64,000 nt of DNA from Hydrolagus colliei (lineage: Eukaryota): positions 43,772,001 to 43,836,000 of the forward strand of contig CM068743.1 in the NCBI GenBank assembly GCA_035084275.1. The letters are read 5' to 3'. How positions within the stretch are numbered: position 1 is the stretch's first letter; each line of letters starts with the position of its first letter. Positions 49,820-62,780 of this stretch are shown here, piece by piece. Made by a program: the position numbers and the translations under genes. The notes below the pieces were generated by a model. The model worked only from the letters and a program-made list of their open reading frames with translations. It was not told the origin of the DNA and searched no databases.

Positions 49820-50320
49820 GGTCTCTTGCCTCTGAGTCAAAATGTTGTGGATTGAAGACCCATTCAGTACATGGATTCACATAGTCCAAACTGATACTCC
49901 AGTTCAGTGCTGGGGTTGGGAGGGTGTGTGGAGCGGGGGTGGTGTTGCATTGTTAGAGGTATAGTCCAATTGATGAGACATTAAACTGAGGACCCGTCTG
50001 CCTGTTCAGGTGGACCTTGAAAATCCCATGGCGCCATTCAAAAAGAGATGGAAGTTTCTTCCAATGAATTGGACAACAAATCCTCTGAAATATTGAAAAC
50101 AATTGGTCACATACCACATGACTGTTTTGGGGGATATTACTGCCCACAAACTGGATGCCACACTTTGCCCACAAAATATATACAGTTAATTCACTTATAC
50201 TATCCTTTACAAATATATCCTGCATAGGTATAGTATATCCTGTAAAGCAATTTGTGATGTCTTGGCAATTTGATTAGGCGGTAATTCATTTTCCTCAATT
50301 GAAAAGATTATTACTATTAT
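49820..50320 (+). mobile_element. Old SacSINE1/AmnSINE-like DeuSINE
   Basis: gcctctgagtca...tgatgagacattaaactgaggacccgtctgcctgttcaggtggac...atcccatggc; (tta)n tail. Confidence 0.75.
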
Positions 50321-50345
50321 TATTATTTTAATGTCATAGTGCTAT

Positions 50346-50640
50346 ATCTATAGCTCAGTGGTTGGAGCACACGCCTTGTAAGCGAGAAACCTAGGTTTGA
50401 TTCCAGTATGGGCAAAACCTTGGGCAAGTTTCCTTACTCCACATGCCTGATCGTAATCCCTCTAAAAAAAATTATAAATTGGTCATTTCATTCCACGACT
50501 GTTTGTGGGATACCGCTGTGTGCAATTGGCTGCCACGTTTCCACCACAAATATACTTCATAGAATGTTCTGAGAAGTGCTTTGAGACATCTACAATATGT
50601 GAACAGCACTATATCAAACGCAAGGATTATTATTATTATT
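50346..50640 (+). mobile_element. Full-length tRNA-derived SINE
   Basis: tagctcagtggttggagcac (A box), ggtttgattcc (B box), gtttgtgggataccgctgtgtgcaattggctgcc core, (att)n tail. Confidence 0.92.
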
Positions 50641-53600
50641 TCTCAGATTGCCAAAGACAATCTTTGCCCTATCAGTGGAAATGATATTTTATTTGGAATG
50701 ACTCCAAAGTTCCAATGTATTTCTGTTACAATATTGCTTTCACTGTCACACTGCAATACCAGAAAATGTGCTGATTTGGTCAATCCACAGGGATAGAAGT
50801 CTCCCGAAATCTGTTGGATTAATGACTGTTAATATATTTCTTGTGTGGAAACTTTCTGTATTGATTCTATGTTGCTATTTTCCACAATTGCTATTTGAAA
50901 TTTGCTCTACAGTATGTTATTGTATGAACAGGATGGGATAAACATTCAATGAAGGGAAGCAATTTTCCTGCGCAATATATCAAAAAAAAGCCTTCAGCAA
51001 GTCATTATAAAGAACTCTATATTTGTTTTTCCTCTTTGATTTATGTATTTCCCTGCACACTGTGCACTATCCCAAGCTAAGGCAGAGATAAACCAATGGG
51101 ATTCACATGAGTCCAATGTTGCAAGAGCAGGTGAATGATTTAATATCTGGCAAGGAGATAGGCTTTTTTTTTGCTGAATTCCCCTCCACCCCCCTAACTT
51201 AATGCCTCAACAGAGGTTTAACTTTATGCCTCAGGAATCCATTCCGCCTCCAGTTTGATCTCGATGTTAAGTTATCAGAGCACAACAAAGCAGACAAGTG
51301 CAGCCCATTCTGAGTGATATACGTCAGAGTTCAAGACTTTATGAGGCATTAAATGCATCCCATGTGAGCACTTCATTAGAGATTTCAAATGCTCCATTGA
51401 TTTCTCCTTCCATTCATGTGAATAGATAGAGGGTGTTAATTGTGCTGTGTTTAATCGATTGAATTTTACACCCGAATATGATAGCAGATTCATGCTTTTT
51501 TGCATAATGGTATCTTGCAGAGTTTAATGCTCTTATTTCAAGACAATTGATTGGTTAGTACTTACCAACTATTTGATAAGATTAGATAATTGAATTCAAG
51601 TGAATTCAATAGAGATGACTTGATTAAATTCCTTGTTGGATTTAGTCACCCAGCAAGTAGAGAGTGATTGCAATAGTATCAACACAACAATGATGATTAG
51701 ATATGGGGAGTGAATAAGGTTATTAACACTATTTAAACCAAGGGAAGCTGATTTCACATCAGATGTTTGTTAAAGCATGGATCCCATTTGTAAAATATTG
51801 TGAATTGATTTTCTATTGTAAGTAGAGGTGTCAGATATTATTGTATTTTGTCACATAAAAATTTATAATGATTGTTTTTACTGATTACTCAGTAGAGTGC
51901 AATTATTTTTCTATGACTTTTAATTGACTAGCAACCAAGCAGCTGACAATAACAAGGGTTCAATACTGTGATCCTTTTCTCTGAAAAACACTCAAGTAAC
52001 CATTTTTCAATAAGATTGTTGTGAAATAAGTAACTCATTTCATAAGTATTCTTATTGCTGCTCCTTTGTGCCAATTTTGACTTCTTTATGTGCAGTGATT
52101 TACAAATATTTGGATTTAATTGGTTAAAGGACAAAAGAGTACATGAGCAGAACAGTAACAGACATGTGGATATGTGGATATGTACTACATAGATGTAAAT
52201 CAAAATAAAAAATGAGTTTAATCAAAACTCTCAATTTCCAATTGATCATCCTGTTTCTTTTTACATAGATCTATTTATTCCTCGCAAGACGAGGAATTCT
52301 CAAAACAATCAAGGCAAAAAGACCCTGAATTGATTGTCAGAATTATTCAGTATTGGGGAAAGGCACTGCAATTGAAATGTGTGTGTGGTTAACAATTAAA
52401 GGCAAACATGGACTAACTAAACTGTATTGTCACATCAAAAATGAATGGGAACCTACATGAGTTGACACAGTTCACATTCCAGGGAACCTATTAAGCCTTA
52501 CAGACAGTTGATCAGACTAAAGATATTCACATTATTGTGGGCTTTACAGAGTGCTGGATGTGAAATACTGTTATTATATGTAAAATTGCTAGGTGGGTTT
52601 TATGTTTGGATTTTTTTCTGATGTGGGATCAATATCACATCAATTTCCAACAGTGAGTGAAAAATATTATTTGAACTAATTATTGTGAGCAAATATGTTT
52701 GACATATCGAACAACGCACTTTCTGCTACAATGTGCTAATGGCATTGTTGCAACATCCCGTTTTGTTCAGGTTTTCTTCATGACGTAATAACCTGGGAAT
52801 GTGTCCTGACATAATGGATGTACATGTCAGCAATGGGCTTGAAATAGGAGAATAAATAGGACAAGGACCAGAGAAGGAGGAAAGAAGGAGCTATAAAGAT
52901 AAGCAAACACTGGCCAGATGTAGCGAGTTGGAGGAGGTCAAATATGATGGTGAAGATGGGATTAGAAAACATTCGCCTGGCAGTCTCATCTTTCTGCCCC
53001 ATGTCGGCTACCACCCTCATTCTGTCTTGATCCCTCACCCATCACGCCCTCAGCACCTACCACAGCCCCACCTTTGCAATCTTTCCTAACTTTCTGTCCA
53101 CCGATGCCTACATCAGATGCAAGGATTATTATTATTATTAAAACAAAGTGAACCCACCACAAATATTCTAAAAACATTCTAATGAATATTGGTTTAAGAG
53201 GCAATTCATCAAGCTCTATTTATCAACAACTCTTTAAGTATTCCCACAAAGCTTTCAATGTCTTGATTTCCTTAAAATACTATAGTTGGTTGGAGAGCTC
53301 CACAATACGTGGCAGAGAAGGTTAATTTCATTGTTCTGGAGTGAATTGGTTGTGAGAGCTTAAACATTTGTGTCAAGAAACGTGAAACTCAAATCATGAA
53401 TGGCAGTCTGCACAATTTAGTTAATTTGTCCACCAGAACAAAAGAGTGAAATCCACTTGTGCAGCATATTAAGAAATAAGGGGGAGCTGCAACTGCTTAC
53501 TTTGGTGGGGATTAGGTTAAATCAGTGAGAGATCAGAGTCAAGCTCATTGAATGACGCTTCATTGAGCGAAATGTCTCTATATTCCAAATAGTGTGGGAA

Positions 53601-53934
53601 TAACTCTCCCACTATCCCATTTGAAGTCAACCAGGAACTCTGCTGTATGGCTTGTCATTGACACATGTTGCATTCTACAGATCAATTCATAAATTACACA
53701 CCAATACCTCCAACAATTGTAGTCACTTAATATATAATCTGTGATTAATGAAACTCCCAAACAACAACAACTTTGATGTATACAGCGCCCTCCATGCTGG
53801 ACAGCTTCTCTGAGCGCACAAAATAGTGTAACTACATTATACCATTGTAAGTAATGCGTAAACGATCACAACCAAAACACAGATCACAGTGCAAAATAGT
53901 TTATATACCATGTCTGTGTTGTTAATGATTTAGA

Positions 53935-55111
53935 TCCTAGATTCCTACCTGACCCACCGCCTACATATTGTATCTTCCAATGGTTTCTCCTCAAACCCCT
54001 GCACAGTTTCTCACGGCGTTCCCCAGGGCTCTGTCCTCGGCACCCTCCTTTTCACCATTTATAAACTCCCTCTGGGCGATGTCATCCGCAAACATGGGGT
54101 AAATTTCCACATGTATACGGACGACACCCAGCTGTACCTTTCCGCCTCATCCCTCAACCCCCAGACCATCGATGTTCTGACAGCATGTCTGTCCGATATT
54201 GAGTCCTGGACGAGCGACAACTTCCTCCAATTGAACGTGAGCAAGACCGAGGCCCTCCTGATTGGCTCAAGCCAGCGCCTCCGCACATCGGGCGCTGCCA
54301 GCCTCAACATCCAAGGCTGTACTCTCCGCCTCACAAAGCCAGTCAGGAACCTCGGCATCACGTTCGACCATAAACTCTCCTTCCTCCCCCACATCCGTGC
54401 CTTGACCGGCACCACTTATTTCCACCTACGCAACATTGCCAGGGTCCGCAACTACCTCACCCCCCCACGCTGCTGAAACACTCGTGCATGCGTACATCAC
54501 CTCACGGCTGGACTACGGAAACTCTCTCCTCGTCGGCCTTCCCAGTTCCTCCATTCACAGGCTGCAGGTCATCCAAAACTCTGCAGCCCGTGCGCTATCC
54601 CTCACCCGCCTCCACGACCACATAACCCCCACCCTCGCCCGTCTCCACTGGCTCCCCATCCTCCAGAGGATCGAGTTCAAGATCCTCGTCCTCACCTACA
54701 AGGCCTTACACGGCCTTGCCCTCGCCTACTTAACCAAATTACTTTCCTCCTATAAGCCCACCCGGACCCTCCGTTCAGCAGGACTTGGCCTGCTCCAAGT
54801 CCCCTGCCCGAACCGCCCCACCATCCGAGGCTGGGCTTCCAGTTTCTCCGCTCCCACCCTATGGAATTCCATCCTCCAACCCCTCCGCCGTGTTTCTTCC
54901 CTTTCCTCTTTCAAGGCCGGTTTGAAGACTTTCCTCTTCGACCGTGCCTTTTGTTCCTCCCCGAACTTTTCGACCTCCCCTATGTGTTTCACCCCTTCCC
55001 GAACACTCCCCTCCCAGCTCGGGTCACACGCCTCCTGTGCAGCGCCTTGGGACGTCCTCCCGACGTGAAAGGCACTTTATAAGTTTAAGTTGTTGTTGTT
55101 GTTGTTGTTGT
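53935..55111 (+). mobile_element. Young 5'-truncated L2 LINE (RT C-terminal half)
   Basis: Peptides [39 protein letters not shown] and LHWLP; apparently one frameshift near 54460-54470 in the downstream part; many intact CpGs; (ttg)n tail 55089-55111. Confidence 0.96.
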
Positions 55112-56489
55112 AGATCAAGTTAGAGTTGAATTCATTTGAATTCATACTTACAACAACAACAAAATTACATTTGTATAGCACCTTTCAAGTCAGGTGGAAG
55201 TCTCAAGACTACTTAAAGCCATATGTTCGCTAAGTCCCTGATTCTATAATTCTTCCATCAGAATCCCTAGAGGTAGTAGTCAGAAGGGTTCTGACACAGA
55301 ATACAATGACAACACTTTGTGATAGCTCTGAATCCATGTATAAAGTGCCTTGAGCTCCCTCTCATGGGAAGACTCAGTATTTCTAAGGAAGTCTTTGTTG
55401 GGGTTCTTTGATATTGTAGACAACAACTTATATTTATATAATGCACTGCACAGAAAGTAGTATTCCAATGTGCTTCACATTGGCTGAACACAATGCCAAG
55501 CCAGACATCCTCTAATTTTTACAATTAACATGTTTTCTATCCCATTGCTGGCTCAGTGATATCGCTTTTATTGCAGTTCAATGCAGAATTGTTACTGTTC
55601 TGGTAACAAGAGATTTAATGAAAGCTCCCACTTTTACCAAACTTCACAAATCCTTGTGCTATTTGAGAGTTATCAGATACCGTCACATTTAGAACAGTTT
55701 GTAACACCACTGCACCAACATTTCCAATGTACAAGTCAATACATCCGACAAGATGAATTTCTCAGCAGCCATCACACTCTACACATCAAGAGACAAAGCC
55801 TTGGAGAGTGCCTTAGCACTAGACAATGTTTTTTGAAGTGAAGTATTGGAGTGGGTATCCTGAGTGTTGATCTGAAGGCACTGCACACTAATCTTTTACA
55901 TCAGGCACTTACTCCATGAGACTATCACATCAATAACATTGTGGGCCACCACAAATCTCTTCAGCTAAATTTTCTAGTATTAGGCCTCTTGTTCCAGATG
56001 AATGCTTTGTGCTGATGGTGTATACAGATAGATAGTTACAGGCATTGCAACGTTTGTGTTGATTTTTTTTTCAGAATTTGTGCATTGCTGGTTATTCTTG
56101 GTTTCCAGATATTCTGGAAGATGACTACAAGAAGTGTATTATAAGACCCTCAGAATTTATTATCTATAATGATCACTGACAAGAAATATATTTGTTCATG
56201 CAAATTGGCTGTCCTCCTAAGCAATTGCTTATTTGTTCAGGAGAGGAGACAAGTGAAGAGAGCTGTACATGATTTTCTTCACAATAATAACAAACAAATG
56301 TAAAGTGACATTGCATTTCAAATTAATACATCATCACATCATGTGTATACAATGAGAAGAGATGCACTATATTTTCACAAAGATATTGTCTTTTTAATGC
56401 ATGATAGCAGTTATGTAGTACTTTGTTTAGAAAACTGGCTATCCACAGCATATGTTGTACTTGCCTCAAAAATAAATGTTTGTGAGTCC

Positions 56490-57243
56490 CGTAGAGTTTG
56501 GGATATAGTACTCGCCTCGCAAGTGAAAGAAGCTGGATTCGGTTCCTGAAAGGGCAAAATGAGCGCAGACAAAACCCTTATCCATGCTTTGGTCACCTTC
56601 CTCCTGGACTATTGCAATGCCCTCCTCACTGGTCTCCCCAGCTCCACCATACATAAGAATCAATTGATCTGAAACCCTGCCGCCTGGATACTCTCCTATA
56701 CAAATCTTCTTACCGCCACCACACCAATCCATGCAAGGCTCCCAATTACTGCAAGATCCTCTCACTCATTTTCAAATTCCTTTATGCCCTTGCCTACCTA
56801 TCTACCTATCCTATCTGCTTACCCCAAATTCCCAAACCAGCTGCCTCTGCTCAGCTGGCTCCGGCTTCCTCTTTGTCCCTCGTCATTTAGGCTTCAGCTA
56901 CAACACCCTGAAACTCTGGTACTCTCTCCCTCAATCCCACTGTTTTGCCCCCTCCTTCCCCACCTTCAAACCACTTCTAAAGACAACAACAACAACAACA
57001 AAATTCCATTTGTATAGCACCTTTCGTGTTGGGAGGAGGTCCCAAGGCACTGGATAGTCAGTGATTCGGACGCGAGCTGGGGTCGGGACCAGGGCAGGTG
57101 AAGGGAAGGGAGAGTAAGAGGAGTGACCTTCATTGTTGAACAGGAGAGTCTTGAGGCAGACTTGAAGGAGGCTAAGCAGGGAGCAAAGCGGAGGAATTGC
57201 GGGATAAAATTCCAAAGTTGGGGGCAGAGTAGCTGAAGGCTTG
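56490..57243. mobile_element. Two tail-to-tail L2 fragments (plus 56490-56982, minus 56983-57243)
   Basis: ctggactattgcaatgccctcctc on the plus strand; (aac)n followed by tatagcacctttc...cccaaggcactgg for the minus copy. Confidence 0.85.
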
Positions 57244-57439
57244 TGTTGTTAGAAAATATTTATTGTTCGATACACATCAATATAACTAGCAGTAAGTAGG
57301 AACCAATTTGTTAGTCAATTGGCAGACCACTCTCCATGGTTCATAATACCTTTTTTTTAAAATCCATAACTGTGTGGGACTCTACTGTGTACAATTGGCT
57401 GATTGGGCACTTAAGACACTGCAAAGTGCAGCATTCTGC

Positions 57440-57610
57440 TGAGCACCACCCTATCCATACCCTCAGCCACCCTCTAATCCTCCTTGTCCTCCACCTTCCC
57501 TTATCCTAAACTCCGACCCCTCTCCAATCCAAATCCATGACTTTCCAAGGCCTTGGGACCTTCTCCCAACGTGATAGATGCTATACAATGTGTAATTTTG
57601 TATTGTGTTA
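57440..57610 (+). mobile_element. L2 3' end fragment
   Basis: ccttgggaccttctcccaacgtga...gctatacaa. Confidence 0.65.
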
Positions 57611-57929
57611 TTCCCAAGTAGTCTGTCTTGTATTTGACAACACATGGCTTACATGTGTCTTTGTTAAGGATGGCATTTTCTAATCTCCTTTTTGGCATGA
57701 ACTGTGCAACTATTTACACAAATAAAACGTTCAGTTTCTAGCTTCCAATATTACTTACTTAGAAACCATAGTGGCACACAATTGTTTTAGTGCAGAGTGA
57801 ATTAGAATATTGCTGAAATCCAGAGTATAGTGTTGTTATGCCTGACAGCCTGAAAATAGCTCCCATCATTATATTGGAGTTTGTCAATAATCCCACCTCA
57901 GTATACTTTTGCGCGTGTTTTCACATGTG

Positions 57930-58450
57930 TCAGCCTGATTCAATTGGTAGCATTGTCAGCTATGAGTCCGGAGGCTGGGGTTTTAGCTCCATGTCAGGAC
58001 TTGAACCCATACACTCAAAGCTGACACTCTAATCATAGAATCATAGAATCTTGTGACACACAAAGAAGCCATTCGGCCCATTGAGTCTGTGACGGCTCTT
58101 TATAAAGAGCAATTTAATCCCACTCCCCAGATTTCTCCCCATAACCATGCAAACCCATCCTCCACAGATAAATGTCTACCTCTTTTTTAAAAGTTGTTAT
58201 TGAATTGATAATGCAGTGCTGGGGCGCATTGCATTGTGGGAAGCATGAATATTAAACCGAGGTCTACCTGTCCAGATTAGTGTTAAGTAGCACTATTGAA
58301 AAAGAGTTTCTTCTGGCCAACAATCCCCCCAATACAATTGATGATTTACTTCATGACTGCTTCTGGAACATAGCTATGTGCAAATTGGCTACTAGAATGA
58401 TACACAAAACACAGTTACATCACTTTACAGTACATTCTGTGAAGTACTTC
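57930..58450 (+). mobile_element. Old DeuSINE interrupted by a CR1 3' tail (minus strand, about 58032-58205)
   Basis: ggtagcattgtcagctatgagtc...gctgacactct, then aatcatagaatcatagaatc...ccattcggcccattgagtc, then gcagtgctgggg...attaaaccgagg. Confidence 0.75.
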
Positions 58451-58689
58451 ATCCTATGCCAATAGTTACCTTCCTTTCTTCTCGGCTGATTGTCAATCTA
58501 TGTCTTTGTTAAACACTATGAGACTTTATCCTATGTGTAACACACTCTAAAAAGGCAAGTTGTTGTTGTTGGATGAGTTATTAACTCAATGCCGGTACGC
58601 ATGCACACTACAAATCCCTTGATATTATTCAAAAAGAGAATTCCTTTTTTCTGGTGGTCTGGTCTACAATCCCCCAAATAAATCAAAAT

Positions 58690-58985
58690 CAATCAAAACC
58701 TACATTTATATAGCACCTTTCATGTCGAGAGGACATCCCAGGGCACTGTACAGTTATGTATGGACAAGAGCAGGGTGGGAGAGGTCACGGCAGGACGAAG
58801 AAGAGCAGGAAAGCCGACTGTATATTTGTGGGCAAAACGTGGCAGCCAAATTGCGCACAGCAGTGTCCCACAAACAGTCATGGAAGTGGGATTAGCGGAA
58901 TAAAGGGGGCAAAGATGGCAAGGGGAGGGAACGGGGTAGGGGGAAGGAGAGCAGCAAAGCCGACTGTATATTTGTGGACGAATAA
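58690..58985 (-). mobile_element. Mosaic L2-tail / DeuSINE-core element with an internal 22-bp direct repeat
   Basis: L2 tail at 58698-58750; Deu-like core at 58816-58884; aaagccgactgtatatttgtgg at 58810-58831 and 58956-58977. Confidence 0.65.
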
Positions 58986-59929
58986 AATTGATAATGTACT
59001 TCATGACTGCACAAAATAGTCACACCACTTTATAGTATATTCTGTGAAGTGCTTTAGATGTTGCAATAATACTGTAAAGTGATATATCAAATAAGGATAT
59101 TTTTATTTTATTGTTATCAACAGATGAGAATAAAGGTAATACACAAGATAAAATGTAATCACGTTCATGGAATCAATAGAATTCCTGTTTTATAAAAGTA
59201 AAAGGTCAACACATCAATAAGTAAAGTCCAAAAGATTGATTAAAGAAGCAAGGATTATATGGTACCAAATTGTCTCATCTAAACAAGATATAACGTTGTC
59301 TTTACATAATTTTCCAACCCTTTAATCGATATTTGAGTTCAGGTATCACTGAACTTTACTACAGCTATCGTGAAGCAGCCAGTTTTGGAGAACAAAGGAA
59401 ATGGGCACATTAATCAAGCGACTTAACTGGAAATTGCTTATTGCGTGAGAGTATTTTCAAATAGCTAGGATTAATACATGGTATGGGTAACAAATTAGCT
59501 AAATTGCACTCCCCATTGTATTTCATTCCTTGGCAAGATAGAATTGAAATATTAGAGAAGGAATTTGTAAGAATTTGAAGCATCATATTTTATGAGGTCT
59601 GTTTTGCTTTTACGATATTAGAAGTACATTAAATTATTTTATTTAGTGATATAAGTGATTTCTTTAATATCATTTTGATACAGCTCATACTGACAATGTT
59701 TGAATACTCCATGAACAACATATACAAGCAATTGATCATCTGGAACATGCATGGAATGAGTACAGAGAAAAGGGTATTAAACTGACAATTTGATCATTGA
59801 TGGTCAATTGATATAAAACTTCTATATATTAAGCTAATTCTCAATAAGCTCTTTCATGCAATAAAGGTGACCTTTGAACCATTATGTCATATGATTTGAA
59901 TATGATCTCAATAAGTGGAGTAACCACAT

Positions 59930-60955
59930 TCATTCTGCCTTCTCTCACATTAAAAATTTGCTCATTTCTGACATAGCCTCTTCACCACCCCACCCCACAA
60001 GCTGGTGAGACTCTAATTAATACCTTAATTATTTGCAAATTAAACTATTACAATGCCCTCATTGCCAGATATCTTAGCTCATCACTATAGACTATCCCCA
60101 ATGGTGCAGCCCATGTCCTCTTCCACATTAAACTGTGCCAATCTATCACCATATCCTGGTTCAGCTCCACTGACTTAGCATCCCCCAGTGGATGAAATTA
60201 AAAATTCTCATCATCACCTTCAAATAATTCTATGGCCGCAGCGCATCCAACCTTTGCAAGCTCCTTCCACTGTACTTCTTGGACACTTCCTCCACTCAGC
60301 TAAGATTGGCCTGTATCATATACCTTACTTCTACGCCTGTCATATCCAATTGACAACTAACTCTGTGTATTCTTCAAACAGAATTAATAATCATTTCCGA
60401 AAGATGGTATCATCTCCTCACTGGTCTCCCCTCCTCCACAATCCACAAAGTCCAGCTCATTCAGAACTCTGCCACCTGCTTTCTCACCCGCACCAAACTT
60501 CGCTCCCCCATTACCCCAGTCCTTGCCAGACTTCACTGGCTCCCTATCCCAGAGAGGATCGACTTCAAGATCCTCACCTTTGTCCTCAAATCCCGCCACT
60601 CCTCTGCACCCCCTACCTCTCTGACCTCCTCTCTCCTCAAACCAGTACCCATTGCCTTCGATCGACTGGGTCTGGCCTCCTCCATGTCCCCTGAATCCTC
60701 CACTTCACCCATGGCAGCTGTGCCTTCAGCCACTATGCCCCGAAGCTCTGGAATTCCCTTCCTCACTACCTTCGCCTTGCCCCCTCTTTTCTCAGCTTCA
60801 GGTTCCAGTTGAAGACCTTTCTCTTCAACCACGGCTTTGGTCACTTTTCTACCCCTGCCCTGGCTCGGTCCCGGGATCCGCTATTGTAATGCTCTCTGAG
60901 ATGCCATCCGGCGTGGAGGGCGCTATATAAATCAAAGTTGTGGTTGTCGTTGTTT
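59930..60955 (+). mobile_element. Two tandem L2 3' fragments (old about 59930-60330; younger about 60400-60955)
   Basis: aactattacaatgccctc; cttcactggctccctatcccagagaggatcgacttcaagatcctcacc; tail gggcgctatataaatcaaagttgt. Confidence 0.85.
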
Positions 60956-61554
60956 TGTATTTAACCAATTATTTAATACCCCTTCCTTTATCAGTTCAGT
61001 CAACTGTATGGAGCATTTCAAAATATCCTCCTGGCACAAAGCCATTATATGAATACAAATTGATGTTTTTGCAACTAATCTTCTCAGATATACCATAGCA
61101 GCCAAACCTGTCTAAGCATGCAGCATTAAACAAAACTATTTAGTACTACGTCACCTCCAGGGAAATAATGGTCTATGTAAGGTCAATCTGGCATTACATT
61201 TCTCCTTGGGCGAAGGAAGCTGTTTTAAAATTATTTTCAAGCTAAGGGATGCTGGCACTGCACTATGCAACATCCTTCACTATTTTTACTCAATATTAGG
61301 TTCAAGTGTTACTAGATCATAATTATAATAATCCTTGCATTTGATATAGTGCTTCTCATATCTTCTAGACATGAAAAACTTCTAGATTGTAGATTAGGTG
61401 CATAACAAAGTACTCCTAGCAATATTCCTGGCCCAACTTTCTGTTCCAAGCTGGCCAAGCAGTAGACACTTGCCAAAGTGTTTTCAATGGTAAACAGTGT
61501 AGTTTTAACAGGATGAGTCCCAACAGTACCTGAATACGCATATTACAGTCCCCA

Positions 61555-61770
61555 GGCCTTGGCTCTTGCCAATATACACCCACTGCTCTGCAAATATATA
61601 ATCAGGTTGCTTTCCTGCAGGGAGTCAGTGAATATTGCATTCCAGTCACAGGAAAATGTCCATGTTTAGGTGATATACATATGTAGATCTGATTGTCTGG
61701 TTTGGATATTCTAAACCTTGTTGATGGATTTCTGCATGTGTCAGACACTCAGCTGATGCAGAAAATATGG
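61555..61770 (+). repeat. Unclassified old dispersed repeat, copy 3 of 3
   Basis: gccttggctcttgccaa...catatgtag...tctggtttggata...tttctgcatgtgtcagacactcagctga. Confidence 0.65.
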
Positions 61771-62389
61771 AAATCATAAGTACCCCACCATGGCATTCCA
61801 ATTTTCACTTGTTATGTCTGAGGTGCCCTCAAAAATAGGCTGTCACAGAATTACCCATAATTAGCAACTGTTTGCTGTCAGTCAGAAAGCCATCATGCTT
61901 TTCATATTAATCTTTTCACCTGATTGAGAGAATCAAACTTTCACCTCAGTTTGAGCAGGATAAGGACAGTTGTCTAAAACTCATCCAAAAAATAGCATCT
62001 GAGAAATTTTGAGAAAATGAATGGAAGATCTGAAGCGTGAATACGCTGTCATTTTTGACATTAGTAAAATAATACACATTTTTCTGTGATATGCAAATTG
62101 TTTCTTCTCTGATTCATATTGCTCTAAGGGTATAAGAACCGATCATTCATGAAAGACTTATCAAATCCCACAGGCAACTATCGCTTTGTACATTCCTCCC
62201 ACAAAATTAATTATTTAATCCTTCACTTAATACCTATTTTTTCCACATTCAACACTTGCATTTAGATTATGTTGTATAACAACTGAAAGATTTCAAGTGG
62301 AAAGACAAATATTCTATTGGTAAATATTGTGATAAACAATCAGTGTATAAAATCTTATTCCCTTTCTTAAAACATCTTTACCAAAATCT

Positions 62390-62780
62390 CAACAACATCA
62401 AATTGTATTTTTATAGCACCTTTGGTATCGGGAAGATGTCCCAAGTTGCTGAATAGTCAAGCATTTGCACCTGAGCTGGGAATCAGAAACAAGAGGGGTG
62501 CAGTGTAGGAGAGGTGAAAGGGGGAAGGCAGCCAAAGTGATGGTCAAAGAGGAAGATCTTGGATGAACATTGAAAAAGGCAAAGTAGGGAGTGAGGTGGA
62601 GGGATTCCAGGATGGAGTTCCAGAGGGTGGGGTAGAAAAAACAGTGTAAGTGGGACAGACATGTAGCAGGCCAGTGCCTCTCAAGCAAAGTGAGAGAACA
62701 GGTTAGTATGGTGTTAATAAGTCACAGGGGTAGGGATGAGAATGAACTCCAGCAAGTAGGGGGAAGCTTCCTAGATTTTC
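62390..62780 (-). mobile_element. L2 3' end fragment
   Basis: ttatagcacctttgg...gatgtcccaag; peptide PTLWNSI. Confidence 0.8.
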
